Under the pieces are notes generated by a model, which was not told the origin of the DNA, did not search any database, and saw only the letters and a program-made list of their open reading frames with translations. The position numbers and the translations under genes were made by a program. Source: an uncultured Gammaproteobacteria bacterium (lineage in GTDB: Bacteria > Patescibacteriota > Microgenomatia > Daviesbacterales > UBA10151). Taken from it: a DNA stretch of 64,000 nucleotides. Where the stretch lies: positions 120,107 to 184,106 of the forward strand of contig CAYMZD010000001.1 in the NCBI GenBank assembly GCA_964394855.1, in the 5' to 3' direction. Positions 37,758-47,248 of this stretch are shown in pieces. How positions within the stretch are numbered: the first letter of the stretch is position 1; every line of letters starts with the position of its first letter.

Positions 37758-39136
37758 GAGGCTTGTATTTTTGGCCCCCCTGGAGTATCTTCTATCTCAA
37801 AACCTTGCTTTTTGACTTCTTTACGCAGTTCATCAGCTTTTTTAAAGTTGCCGGCTTTTCTTAAATTCTCCCGTTTTTCCACCAGTTCCATGATATTTTT
37901 TGGCACCTCCAAGGGTTTACCTAAATACTGATCCAGACCAAGACCCAAAATCTTATCCATCTCCACAAGATCTTGTACTCTACTAGATGTTGAGGGATTA
38001 CTATGTACCATTTGCCAAAGTACCGCAACAGCTTGTGGTAGATTTAAGTCATTATTAGCAGCTTCCAAAAACTTCTGCCAATATTGGCCGCTACCACCTT
38101 TAGGTTGTTGCCACGGCCTTATCTCTTCTCTTAATTTATTTAAAGCAGCCTGGGCAGCTCCTAAAGATTTCCAGGTAAAATTTAACTTATCCCGGTAATG
38201 GGCTGTTAAAAATAAGTAGCGAAGGGCCAATGGATCAAATCCTTTTTCCTTAACATCATCAATGGTATAAAAATTCTTTTTACTTTTACTCATTTTCTCA
38301 CCATCTACTACTAAAAATTCATGATGCACCCAATATTTAACAAATGGTTTGCCAATTGCACCCTCTGATTGGGCAATTTCATTTTCATGATGCACTGGAA
38401 TATGATCCACCCCGCCGGTATGAATATCTAATGAGTCTCCCAGATACTCCATACTCATGGCCGAACATTCAATATGCCAGCCCGGGAAACCTTCACCCCA
38501 AGGTGAGGGCCATCTCATGGTATGATCCTTAAATTTGCCGACTGTAAAAAACCACAGGGCAAAATCTTGGGGATGTTTTTTTGCTTTATCAACCACCACT
38601 TCTTTTCTGGCGCCGGTTTTTTGCTCCTCCAGCTTTTGACCGGACAGCTTGCCGTAACTGGGGAATTTGGCAATATTAAAATAAATTGCCTCTTCTGTCT
38701 GATACGTAAAACTTTTTTTAACCAGCTTTTCAATCAGCTTAATTTGTTCGCCGATGTGTTCTGTGGCTCGACAGACTACATGGGGTCGTAAAACATTAAC
38801 TTGCTCCAATGACTTATAAAAGTAATCTGTAAAAAAATTGGCCACTTCCCAAACAGTTTCTCCACGATCTTTGGCTCCTTTTTCCAGTTTATCGTCACCT
38901 TCATCAGCGTCAGAAGTTAAATGACCTACGTCAGTGACATTTTGGACATGTTTAACATCAAATCCATTGGCCACCAAAACCCTTCTTAAAAGATCATCGC
39001 CAATATATTTTCTTAAATGCCCAATATGGGTATAGTCATAAACAGTTTGTCCGCAAGTATACATACCAACATGAGGTGGTTTAGTTGGTTTAAATTCCTC
39101 TACTTTTCTACTTAGGGTATTAAAAAGCTTCAGCAT
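37754..39136 (-). CDS. cysS: Cysteinyl-tRNA synthetase
   Basis: CGQTVYD, HIGH, PGWHIECSAM, KMSKS. Confidence 0.97.
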   Translation of the reverse strand: MLKLFNTLSRKVEEFKPTKPPHVGMYTCGQTVYDYTHIGHLRKYIGDDLLRRVLVANGFDVKHVQNVTDVGHLTSDADEGDDKLEKGAKDRGETVWEVANFFTDYFYKSLEQVNVLRPHVVCRATEHIGEQIKLIEKLVKKSFTYQTEEAIYFNIAKFPSYGKLSGQKLEEQKTGARKEVVVDKAKKHPQDFALWFFTVGKFKDHTMRWPSPWGEGFPGWHIECSAMSMEYLGDSLDIHTGGVDHIPVHHENEIAQSEGAIGKPFVKYWVHHEFLVVDGEKMSKSKKNFYTIDDVKEKGFDPLALRYLFLTAHYRDKLNFTWKSLGAAQAALNKLREEIRPWQQPKGGSGQYWQKFLEAANNDLNLPQAVAVLWQMVHSNPSTSSRVQDLVEMDKILGLGLDQYLGKPLEVPKNIMELVEKRENLRKAGNFKKADELRKEVKKQGFEIEDTPGGPKIQAS

Positions 39137-39179
39137 TAGCTAAAAGTATAAACCAAGCTTGAAATTTTATCCAGAGGGG

Positions 39180-39539
39180 TTATATTTTCTTAAGAAGTCT
39201 TCCATCAGGTGTAATCTCAATTCCCATCCTTTGATAAAATCCTCTAACTACATTTTCGTAACCCGATTCTGGAGCAAAGATTCCGGTTAACCGCCTGGCG
39301 CCAAACATCCTAGCAACACCTATAACATCAAATAATAATCCTTTCCCAATACCTTGACCCCTAACACACCTATTTACCTGGATTAGATCTAAATTTAATC
39401 CATCTTTTTCCTCTAAGGCTGCCACAGCACAACCAACGGTCTGCCCGTTTTCGGCTTGAGCAATAACCCTAAAAGATTTATCCCCAATATTAAATTCCAC
39501 TCTATTTTGCATAATAAAAAAACGACCCCTCTGAGTCAT
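39180..39539 (-). CDS. GNAT family acetyltransferase
   Basis: VRGQGIGKGLL, FYQRMG. Confidence 0.75.
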   Translation of the reverse strand: MTQRGRFFIMQNRVEFNIGDKSFRVIAQAENGQTVGCAVAALEEKDGLNLDLIQVNRCVRGQGIGKGLLFDVIGVARMFGARRLTGIFAPESGYENVVRGFYQRMGIEITPDGRLLKKI

Positions 39540-39611
39540 CTAACTATAAGTTATTATATCACAAATACTTAGCTAGTCAAGCAATATACTAATTTTAGCT
39601 CTTCTCACTTT

Positions 39612-40004
39612 TTAACCTCCAACTCCACCTTTTATTTCTGTTTTTCTTTGAGTTCTGACTAAATTTATATCCTTTTTTTGTTTTTTCACAATTTCAAATT
39701 GTTTAACTTGTTTTTGCTGTGCCATGGTTTGAAGCCGCTGCATTTCCTTTTGTTTTTGCGCTTCCCTTAACTTTCTTTGAGCTTCATCCAAACTTCTCCA
39801 CCAGGCTACTTTTCTTCTGGCTTCTGTCAGCTTATTTTGGGTATCTTGTTGTTTCTGTTGGATCTGCTGGGGAGTCAGTTGTTTTGGTCCGGCCACCACA
39901 GCCTTCACTCCAGATTCGATGGCTTTTCCCACTTCATCTGCTACCGGTTTTACCACAGCATCGCTCACATCTTCAAATGTCCCGCCAATAATATTCTTGG
40001 ACAT
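39612..40004 (-). CDS. Hypothetical Gln/Lys-rich coiled-coil protein
   Basis: AGGAGG upstream of ATG 40004; ends E.KGGVGG. Confidence 0.6.
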   Translation of the reverse strand: MSKNIIGGTFEDVSDAVVKPVADEVGKAIESGVKAVVAGPKQLTPQQIQQKQQDTQNKLTEARRKVAWWRSLDEAQRKLREAQKQKEMQRLQTMAQQKQVKQFEIVKKQKKDINLVRTQRKTEIKGGVGG

Positions 40005-40071
40005 TTCTAACCCTCCTAATTCTAATATTATAGTCACGTTACCGAAATGTCCAGCACGTATCTTTTAATGT

Positions 40072-41367
40072 TTAAAGAATTGATAAAATTTCAGTAAATT
40101 TTTTAATATGTGCTTTGGAATTTTCAATTGGGCCTTGCACCACTAAATTAAGTTTACTAAAATCCCAATATTTTTGCATAAACTCCATGATATCTTTTTT
40201 GGTGACTTTTTTAATCAACTTAACATATTCTTCCGGGGTGTATATTTTATCTTCCCACAGTAAATCATTTTCCATCCAACCGGCAATTGAATTCGGATGA
40301 TCAAACTGCATTAAGGCATTATTAACCCGGTAATTTTTGGCAAAATCAATTTCCTCACTGGTTGGCCCATTTTTTATGAATGCGGATAACTCTTCTGTGA
40401 TCAGCCTTAATACCTCTTCTGTGTGCTCCGTGGAACTTTCCGTAGAAATACCACTGTAAGCAAAATGTTGATAAATTGCCGTATAAAGATTCAAATTATA
40501 AACCAAACCCCTTCTCTGCACTAACAATCTCCACAGTCTACTGGCATGTAGCCCAGTTAAAATAGTGCGAATCAGTGTCTGTGGAAGCTGTACGGGTAAT
40601 GGATAATCATCACTGATTGATGGAAAAGATAAATTTATGCTGCAACTTTTTAAATTATTATCTTCTCTAATATCTACAGTTCTTACTGATAAATGGTTGT
40701 TGGTAAGTTTAGGAAATCCGGAAAATTTTTTAGGTGAGTAATTTTTAAAAGCTTGAGAAACAATACTTTTGATATGATCATTTTTGAATCCTCCCACCAA
40801 AACCAAATAGGTATTTTTAGGAAAGAAAAAACTTTCCCAGTAACTTACCAGATTTTTTCTGTTAAGTTTTGTGACTACTTCTGCTAAACCACCTCCATCT
40901 AATAAAAGGGGGTGCCCTTTTCTAAATCTGACCCTGGAGAAAAATTGAGATTTTTTATACCAATCCTGATTTTGTCTTTCTCTAATTTCTTCCAAAATAA
41001 CTTCTCTGCCTTTTTCTATGGCTTCTTGGGGAAATAACGGTTGAAAAAACACTTCACCTATAATTTTTAAAATATCTTCTAGGTGCGGGGCAGGAGCATT
41101 CATGTATAATCTGATTATTTGACTACCCGTATATGCTCCAAAACTGCCTGACAATTTTTCAATAAAATCTGTTAAAGTTTCAATATTGGGGAAGCTGGGA
41201 GTTCCCTCAAATAAAATATGTTCCATAAAATGGGCGGTGCCGGAGGTTTTCTCTGTATCAAAAATAGAGCCTGCCTTGACAGCTACGGAGACATAAACAG
41301 ATCTCATTTGAGGAATGCAGTAAGTTGCTACTTTCATGCCATTTTTTAAAGTAAAAGTTTGAAGCAT
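40072..41367 (-). CDS. M16 family zinc peptidase (second paralog)
   Basis: HFMEH.LF.G, SRLW...RRGLVY. Confidence 0.9.
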   Translation of the reverse strand: MLQTFTLKNGMKVATYCIPQMRSVYVSVAVKAGSIFDTEKTSGTAHFMEHILFEGTPSFPNIETLTDFIEKLSGSFGAYTGSQIIRLYMNAPAPHLEDILKIIGEVFFQPLFPQEAIEKGREVILEEIRERQNQDWYKKSQFFSRVRFRKGHPLLLDGGGLAEVVTKLNRKNLVSYWESFFFPKNTYLVLVGGFKNDHIKSIVSQAFKNYSPKKFSGFPKLTNNHLSVRTVDIREDNNLKSCSINLSFPSISDDYPLPVQLPQTLIRTILTGLHASRLWRLLVQRRGLVYNLNLYTAIYQHFAYSGISTESSTEHTEEVLRLITEELSAFIKNGPTSEEIDFAKNYRVNNALMQFDHPNSIAGWMENDLLWEDKIYTPEEYVKLIKKVTKKDIMEFMQKYWDFSKLNLVVQGPIENSKAHIKKFTEILSIL

Positions 41368-41960
41368 TAGTACTCCTTTCTTCCTTCCAGCGCTCGGGAA
41401 AGCGTAGTTTCATCAGCATACTCCAAATCCCCACCGACCGGTAGTCCCCTGGCAATTCTGGTAATTTTTACACCCAAGGGGGAAATTAATCTTTGGATAT
41501 ACATGGCCGTGGCCTCACCTTCCATGGTGGGATTGGTAGCTAGGATAATCTCTTTTATTTGTCCGTTTTTTAAACGACCCAGAATCTCCCGGATGTGAAG
41601 CTGGTCTGGCCCGATATTTTCCAAAGGGGCAATGACCCCATGTAAAACATGGTACAACCCCTTGTAGCCAGCCCGCTCCATTGCCAATACATCTAGTGGA
41701 TCTTCCACTATGGCCATTACTGATGAGTCACGACCAGAATCAACACACACCTGGCAGGGATCTTCTTCTCCAATGTTAAAACAGATACTACAAAGAATAG
41801 TTTTTTCTTTCATATCTTGGGCTGATTTGGCAAGATTCTCTGCTTCTTCTTTGGGGGCATGAAGTAGATAGTAAGTGAGCCTTTGGGCTGTTTTGGGACC
41901 AATTCCGGGAAGTCTTTCAAATGCCTCAATTAAATTTTGCACACTCTTGGGAACTTGCAT
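41367..41960 (-). CDS. recR: Recombination mediator RecR
   Basis: LPGIGPKTAQR, C4 finger, Toprim EGEATA. Confidence 0.97.
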   Translation of the reverse strand: MQVPKSVQNLIEAFERLPGIGPKTAQRLTYYLLHAPKEEAENLAKSAQDMKEKTILCSICFNIGEEDPCQVCVDSGRDSSVMAIVEDPLDVLAMERAGYKGLYHVLHGVIAPLENIGPDQLHIREILGRLKNGQIKEIILATNPTMEGEATAMYIQRLISPLGVKITRIARGLPVGGDLEYADETTLSRALEGRKEY

Positions 41961-41979
41961 GAGGCAATTCTATCACAAA

Positions 41980-42258
41980 TTACATTCCTGGTAATCCCAT
42001 ACCACCCAGCATAGGTTTCATTTCATCCGCTGCCACTTTTTGACATTGCTTCATGGCCTCATTAACAGCATGAGTGACTTTTTCAAGATCGGGCTGGCCT
42101 GTAATTGACACAACTTTTTGATCGGCAGTCATCACCACTGTAACTCCTTGATGTTCTACGGTAATGCGGATTTGGGCCAATTTTTTCTGCATCTCTAAGG
42201 CAGAATCCCGCATTTTTTTCAAATCCCCTAATTGTTTTAAATTATCTAAGAGTCCCAT
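41980..42258 (-). CDS. YbaB/EbfC nucleoid-associated protein
   Basis: Size, MQKKL...AVNEA pattern and dnaX-recR context. Confidence 0.85.
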   Translation of the reverse strand: MGLLDNLKQLGDLKKMRDSALEMQKKLAQIRITVEHQGVTVVMTADQKVVSITGQPDLEKVTHAVNEAMKQCQKVAADEMKPMLGGMGLPGM

Positions 42259-42273
42259 GATATATATTTTACA

Positions 42274-43005
42274 TTATCCTTTTGGATATTGCTCAATAGC
42301 TAGTTTTTTTGCCCTTTCTAAAATAGAATATTCTTCCGGTAAAATTAATCTGCTGGTTCTATTGCAAGTGACAATACCTAAAGCTGCATCTTTCCAAAAA
42401 TCAATCTGAAGTCTGTGTTCCACTGGCAACACCCTGGCAGCTAGCTCTTCCGGGCTATCTTCACCCATTATCTTAACTTTACTGGTTGCTACTAAATCCC
42501 CTTTGTCATATATCTCATTGACTTGATGAATTGTGGCTGCAGTTGAAAAAGGTCTTTTAACCCCTCTCACAAAATTTAAAACAGCAGCATGGACTCTTAA
42601 ACCATACATTCCTTGTCCACCAAAATCAGGATATCCTGGATCAAGTGGTCCTGGGTGTTGATTAACAATCCTGCCTGTAAATTCTTTTACTACATTGGGA
42701 GGGGTCAAAATCATCCAGCCATTTTGAGAAATATGAGTGACATTGTACCGTGATAATTTATCTAAGAGGGCTTCCCCATATTTTAATCTTGATGCCATTA
42801 CGTCTTCTTCTCCATTTTTAAAAACCTTAAAAGGCGCCCTTGGCATAATTTCCACCGGTACATCTAATCTTTTGGCTTTCTCTACCACTCCTGCGTCAGC
42901 GTTATTACAAATAACTAATACCACATCAACAACCCTGGATTTTATAATCGCTTCAGCGGTAGTTCCTCCACCTGAAGCCAAAATTGCTAAACTTATTCTT
43001 TCCAT
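42274..43005 (-). CDS. purN: Phosphoribosylglycinamide formyltransferase-like protein
   Basis: ILASGGGT, GWMIL, NQHP, GGQGMYG..VH, T.H.V...YD.G. Confidence 0.8.
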   Translation of the reverse strand: MERISLAILASGGGTTAEAIIKSRVVDVVLVICNNADAGVVEKAKRLDVPVEIMPRAPFKVFKNGEEDVMASRLKYGEALLDKLSRYNVTHISQNGWMILTPPNVVKEFTGRIVNQHPGPLDPGYPDFGGQGMYGLRVHAAVLNFVRGVKRPFSTAATIHQVNEIYDKGDLVATSKVKIMGEDSPEELAARVLPVEHRLQIDFWKDAALGIVTCNRTSRLILPEEYSILERAKKLAIEQYPKG

Positions 43006-44507
43006 TAATCAACTAGTTTACCATTAAAAATTTCCGAGGCCATAGAAATAATTTCATCATCAGCTGCCACCTCCACATTGGCAATATCCTCTATCCGCTG
43101 GGGTCTTGTCCCCAAAACAGTAGAAACTTTGACTGGTTTAGATAAAACATCAGATAAAACTGATTCTAATAAGTCTTTACTTTTAGCAGCTTCCAAAATT
43201 CGCTGATGAAAAGAATATGGCACTTCCAAAAGTACCACCCCATTTGAGCAATCGGCAATTTTAACGCTGCGAAGAAGAGCTTCCAGTGAAAAATTAAAAG
43301 GCCTAATGGTTTCCAAAACAAAAGTCCATTTTTCTTTTATTTTGGATAATTCTGACATATCTCCTTTTTCTGCTTGAGGATCTTCTACAGAATTATCCAT
43401 TTTTTGATTTTTATCACTTTCTTTACTGAAAGTATTATCGTTTCCACATATTTCTACCACTGCTATTTCCAGCGGTAATGATGGAATTGAAGCTACTTTT
43501 AATTTCTCCCCAGCCTCTTGTAATTTATCCAAGCCACTTATTACCTCTGATGTAGAAAGCTTATCCGCCAACTCCAGCAAAATATCATATTTATCACTAC
43601 CCACTTCTTCTTTCACCAGCTGCAAGCCCAATCCATTTTTTATAAAAAGTAACTGTCTTAAAAAACCCATTAATGATGAAGTCAACTCTTTGGCATTTAT
43701 TCCCTTTTCCATCTGCTGGTTAACTTGTGACAGTGCCAAGGAACTATCTTTTTTGGCTAAAGCTTGTAAAAGTTCAACTGTCACTTGAAAATCACTCACC
43801 TTTATCCCTTCGTTTACTAATCTTTCTGTAATTTCTTGACCAGTTGATGCCAACTGATCCAATAGTTTTACCGCGTCTCTGAAACTTCCTTCAGCTGTTT
43901 TGGCCAAAAGTCTTAAAGCTCCCTCTGTAGTTTTGATTTTTTCCGGCTTTGCCACCACCTCTAAAGCTTGCACCAAATCAGTCATGGAAGCCAATTTAAA
44001 ATCTAACCTTTGCACACGAGATAAAATTGTCTGGGGAATTTTCGAGCTTTCAGTGGTAGCTAAAATAAATAGAGCATGAGAAGGAGGTTCTTCTAGGGTT
44101 TTAAGCAGTGCATTAAAGGCTTCTGTAGTGAGCATATGCACCTCATCAATAATATAGACTTTCTTTTGAGCAGAGCTGGGGACCAACTTGATATTCTCAC
44201 GCAGCGCTCGAACATCATCTATCCCCCTATTAGAGGCGGCATCAATCTCTATTAAATCAAGGTTGGATCCATCTGTAATACTTAAACACATACTACATTT
44301 ATTACACGGAGGATTTTTGTCCTGGCAATTAACCATTTTGGCTAAAATTCGAGCTGTTGAGGTTTTACCTGTTCCCCGAGGACCCACCAAAAGATAAGCA
44401 TGAGCAAGTTTTCCCGCTTTAAAAGCATCAGTCAGGGTTTTTTTAACAGCTGGCTGCCCCACCAGCTCTTCTAAAGTTTGTGGTCTGTATTTTCGATATA
44501 AAACCAT
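43005..44507 (-). CDS. dnaX: DNA polymerase III subunit gamma/tau
   Basis: LYRKYRP, GPRGTGKT, IDAASN, DEVHML. Confidence 0.97.
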   Translation of the reverse strand: MVLYRKYRPQTLEELVGQPAVKKTLTDAFKAGKLAHAYLLVGPRGTGKTSTARILAKMVNCQDKNPPCNKCSMCLSITDGSNLDLIEIDAASNRGIDDVRALRENIKLVPSSAQKKVYIIDEVHMLTTEAFNALLKTLEEPPSHALFILATTESSKIPQTILSRVQRLDFKLASMTDLVQALEVVAKPEKIKTTEGALRLLAKTAEGSFRDAVKLLDQLASTGQEITERLVNEGIKVSDFQVTVELLQALAKKDSSLALSQVNQQMEKGINAKELTSSLMGFLRQLLFIKNGLGLQLVKEEVGSDKYDILLELADKLSTSEVISGLDKLQEAGEKLKVASIPSLPLEIAVVEICGNDNTFSKESDKNQKMDNSVEDPQAEKGDMSELSKIKEKWTFVLETIRPFNFSLEALLRSVKIADCSNGVVLLEVPYSFHQRILEAAKSKDLLESVLSDVLSKPVKVSTVLGTRPQRIEDIANVEVAADDEIISMASEIFNGKLVD

Positions 44508-44929
44508 TAATTTTCACCTGCATGATGAATGCCTAGTAGGTGCAAAACTCCATGTTCTACCAAAGCTTTAATCTCCTCGTCAACAGAAATACCGTCTAAT
44601 CCGGCATCTTCTACCACTTGAGGATAGGATAAAACAATATCACCCAATCGCAAAATTTTATCAGGCGCTGTCACAAATCCGACTCTGGGGATGTGCTGCA
44701 AGAAAGCTGGACTGGAGTCTTCCAGGGCAAAAGATAAGATATCAGTACTTTCATCAATTCCCCTATATTTTCTATTCAATTCATGCATTTTCCTATCACC
44801 CACCACATTAATACCTACTTCAATTCTGCCCTTAATATTATGTCTAGATAATGCCTCTAATACAGCAGCTCTAATACCAGCTTTGTTAATAGTATATCTT
44901 GAATCAGATGAAATTATGATGTTGATCAT
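44507..44929 (-). CDS. ybeY: rRNA maturation endoribonuclease YbeY
   Basis: LN.KYRG.D..TDILSF, HGVLHLLG.HH. Confidence 0.93.
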   Translation of the reverse strand: MINIIISSDSRYTINKAGIRAAVLEALSRHNIKGRIEVGINVVGDRKMHELNRKYRGIDESTDILSFALEDSSPAFLQHIPRVGFVTAPDKILRLGDIVLSYPQVVEDAGLDGISVDEEIKALVEHGVLHLLGIHHAGEN

Positions 44930-45375
44930 TGGCTGTTTAGTTTTTCCTTTACCAGGGCACTTACTCTACTCCCATCTACTTGGCCTGCCACCCTACTCAT
45001 TACCACTCCCATTACTTTGCCCAAATCAGTTAAAGAATTTGCCCCTAATTCTTTTATAACCTCATCTACCACTTCTGTCAACTCCGTATCTGAAAGTTGG
45101 CTTGGCAAGTACTTTGCTAATATTTGCGCCTCTAGGTCTTCTTTTTGAGCCTGCTGCTGCCTCTCTCCTTGTCTAAATCCCAAAGCAGCTTCTTTTCTTT
45201 TTTTAATTTCCCGTTGGATAATTAAGATTATATCCCCATCAGATATTTCTTTTTCTTGTCCAAGAAGAATTTGGCTGTTATGGATCTCTGATAAAAGAAG
45301 TCTCAACACTGAAACCTTTAGTTCGTCTCTGGCAAGTTGAGCTTTCTTTAAATCTTCTTGTAGTTGAGCCAGCAT
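44926..45375 (-). CDS. GatB/YqeY domain protein
   Basis: KKRKEA, YLP.QLS, LGKVMG. Confidence 0.92.
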   Translation of the reverse strand: MLAQLQEDLKKAQLARDELKVSVLRLLLSEIHNSQILLGQEKEISDGDIILIIQREIKKRKEAALGFRQGERQQQAQKEDLEAQILAKYLPSQLSDTELTEVVDEVIKELGANSLTDLGKVMGVVMSRVAGQVDGSRVSALVKEKLNSQ

Positions 45376-45377
45376 CT

Positions 45378-45575
45378 TTATATTCCTAGCCTACGAGCTC
45401 GCATAATTTTGCGACGCTTTTCTGCTAAATATTCTTGACGAAGCTGTGATGGTTTCTTATGAGCCACCCTATCTCTTATTTCTTGAATAATACCTTCAGC
45501 AACCACCTGTTTTTGAAATCTTCTAATGACTGAATCTGTATTATCATTTGCTCCTGCTTTTATGACAATTGCCAT
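45378..45575 (-). CDS. rpsU: 30S ribosomal protein S21
   Basis: IRRFQK, HKKPS; HIT-rpsU-yqeY context. Confidence 0.85.
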   Translation of the reverse strand: MAIVIKAGANDNTDSVIRRFQKQVVAEGIIQEIRDRVAHKKPSQLRQEYLAEKRRKIMRARRLGI

Positions 45576-45597
45576 ATTTTATTAAAACACCTCCTTA

Positions 45598-45930
45598 CTA
45601 TACCATCTTCTTCCAGTGTCCACCTAAAAAGTGAAAATGTAAATGGGGAAGATGTTGGGCAGAACCCCCATTTACCACCAAACGATATAAATCCTGTTCC
45701 AGATGATTTGCGTCTACCAACCTTTTAGCCACTTCAAAAACTTCAGTTAAAATCTGACTGTGCCCTTCATCAATCTCTCCCATCCCCCTGATATGTTCCT
45801 TAGGCACAATTAAAAGATGAATGGCTGCCGAAGGATTAATATCAGGAAAAGCCACTACTTTGTCTGATTCATAGACAAAGTTGGTCGGAATTTCTTTTTT
45901 AATGATTTTGCAAAAAATGCAACTGCCCAC
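45598..45930 (-). CDS. HIT family nucleotide hydrolase
   Basis: CIFCKI, HLHFH. Confidence 0.93.
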   Translation of the reverse strand: MGSCIFCKIIKKEIPTNFVYESDKVVAFPDINPSAAIHLLIVPKEHIRGMGEIDEGHSQILTEVFEVAKRLVDANHLEQDLYRLVVNGGSAQHLPHLHFHFLGGHWKKMV

Positions 45931-45944
45931 TTTTTTATTTTAAC

Positions 45945-47012
45945 TTAAACAACAACCAAATTCTTAAGCAGATTGAGTGTTCTTGTTTGACGAAGAGCAT
46001 GACGTAAATGTAACCTGGGTTCCTCTACCTCAAACTGCTGCTTGACACGAGCATCTTGAATTTTATCAATTTCCGCTTGGAGTTCTTGATCGCTGATGGT
46101 GACATTTTCCATTCTGGCAATCTCCGCCAGACCCAGCTCCATCCGCACATTTTTTTCAGCTTGGGGTTTCCATTCACGGCGGAGCTGTTCTAGGGTTTTT
46201 CCCTGACTCCGCAAATAGTCTTCCATTAAAAGTCCTGTGTCAGAAACTCGCCTCTGTAGAGAAACCAGCATTCTATTTAAATCATCTTCAATTAAAATAT
46301 CAGGTAGCTCGACCGTGGTAATTTTTTCCACTTCTTGTAAAATGGCTTCTTCAAAATCTAATTCATTATTAAAGGAGTTGTGGTTTTCTAGGTCTTTTCG
46401 AATTTTCATCTTTAATTCAGTCAGGCTGATTGCTCCCATGGCTTTGGCAAAGTTATCATCTGGCCCTAAAGTTTGTCCATTTGGTTGAAAATTTATTGAT
46501 CCTGCTTGGTTTACTGGCTTGTCTGATGGCTGTTTCGCCTGCTCCGCCGGCAGGCGAGTCTTCCATCTTTTATATAAATCATCAATGACTTTATTGACCT
46601 CTTCTTCGGTGATAGGTTTTAAAGGGGGTCTTGTCACTCGGATAGTTTTGTAATTTCCCACAGTAACTGTTGGCCTGTTGGTCACACTGGCTTTATACAC
46701 TAAACCCTGACCCTTAACAAATGAGGTCACTTGGTATTTGGGGAAATCAATTGGCACGATATCAGTCCCTTTTAGGGCCTCAATTAAAAAAACAGGCATG
46801 GCATCTTTTAAGGCCTCATCTTGAAGTTTTACTCCCAGGGAGTTTTCTGCCATATTTAGTGGAACTTGGCCTTTTCTAAAACCCGGCTGTTCCATATCTT
46901 GAGTAAGTCTTTGCAGAGTTTCATTCCATTTGGGCTCCAAATCAGCCCACGGAACGCTCACTTCCACCTCCACCAAAGATTTAGGGTGTTTACTAATATT
47001 TTTACTAATCAT
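45945..47012 (-). CDS. tig: Trigger factor lacking the PPIase domain
   Basis: PGFRKG ribosome-binding motif; C-terminal chaperone domain; short P/Q linker in place of FKBP. Confidence 0.9.
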   Translation of the reverse strand: MISKNISKHPKSLVEVEVSVPWADLEPKWNETLQRLTQDMEQPGFRKGQVPLNMAENSLGVKLQDEALKDAMPVFLIEALKGTDIVPIDFPKYQVTSFVKGQGLVYKASVTNRPTVTVGNYKTIRVTRPPLKPITEEEVNKVIDDLYKRWKTRLPAEQAKQPSDKPVNQAGSINFQPNGQTLGPDDNFAKAMGAISLTELKMKIRKDLENHNSFNNELDFEEAILQEVEKITTVELPDILIEDDLNRMLVSLQRRVSDTGLLMEDYLRSQGKTLEQLRREWKPQAEKNVRMELGLAEIARMENVTISDQELQAEIDKIQDARVKQQFEVEEPRLHLRHALRQTRTLNLLKNLVVV

Positions 47013-47049
47013 TTTATTCTTGTTACTTTATCAGAAGATGAGTTTAAAA

Positions 47050-47244
47050 TCAACTGAGGTTCAAATCAACCCAACAATCTTCTGGACCAAAATCTCTTCC
47101 CAATACCTCCCTTAAGTATTGTTTCGGCCACTCATCAAGTTCTTTTCCTCGGGGTGGACGGTTATTTCTTTCCATAAATACTCTTCTATATAAATCCTCT
47201 GGTTCTATAATCCTTGGTTCACCTTCACTTGGTTCATTTTCCAC
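47050..47244 (-). CDS. Small hypothetical protein
   Basis: 64-aa ORF filling the proS-tig gap. Confidence 0.45.
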   Translation of the reverse strand: MENEPSEGEPRIIEPEDLYRRVFMERNNRPPRGKELDEWPKQYLREVLGRDFGPEDCWVDLNLS

Positions 47245-47248
47245 AGTC

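Noticed and set aside
36007-41367. The two M16 peptidases as a recent duplication or heterodimer operon
   Set aside because: Sequences are clearly divergent, both keep HxxEH, and they are separated by unrelated genes
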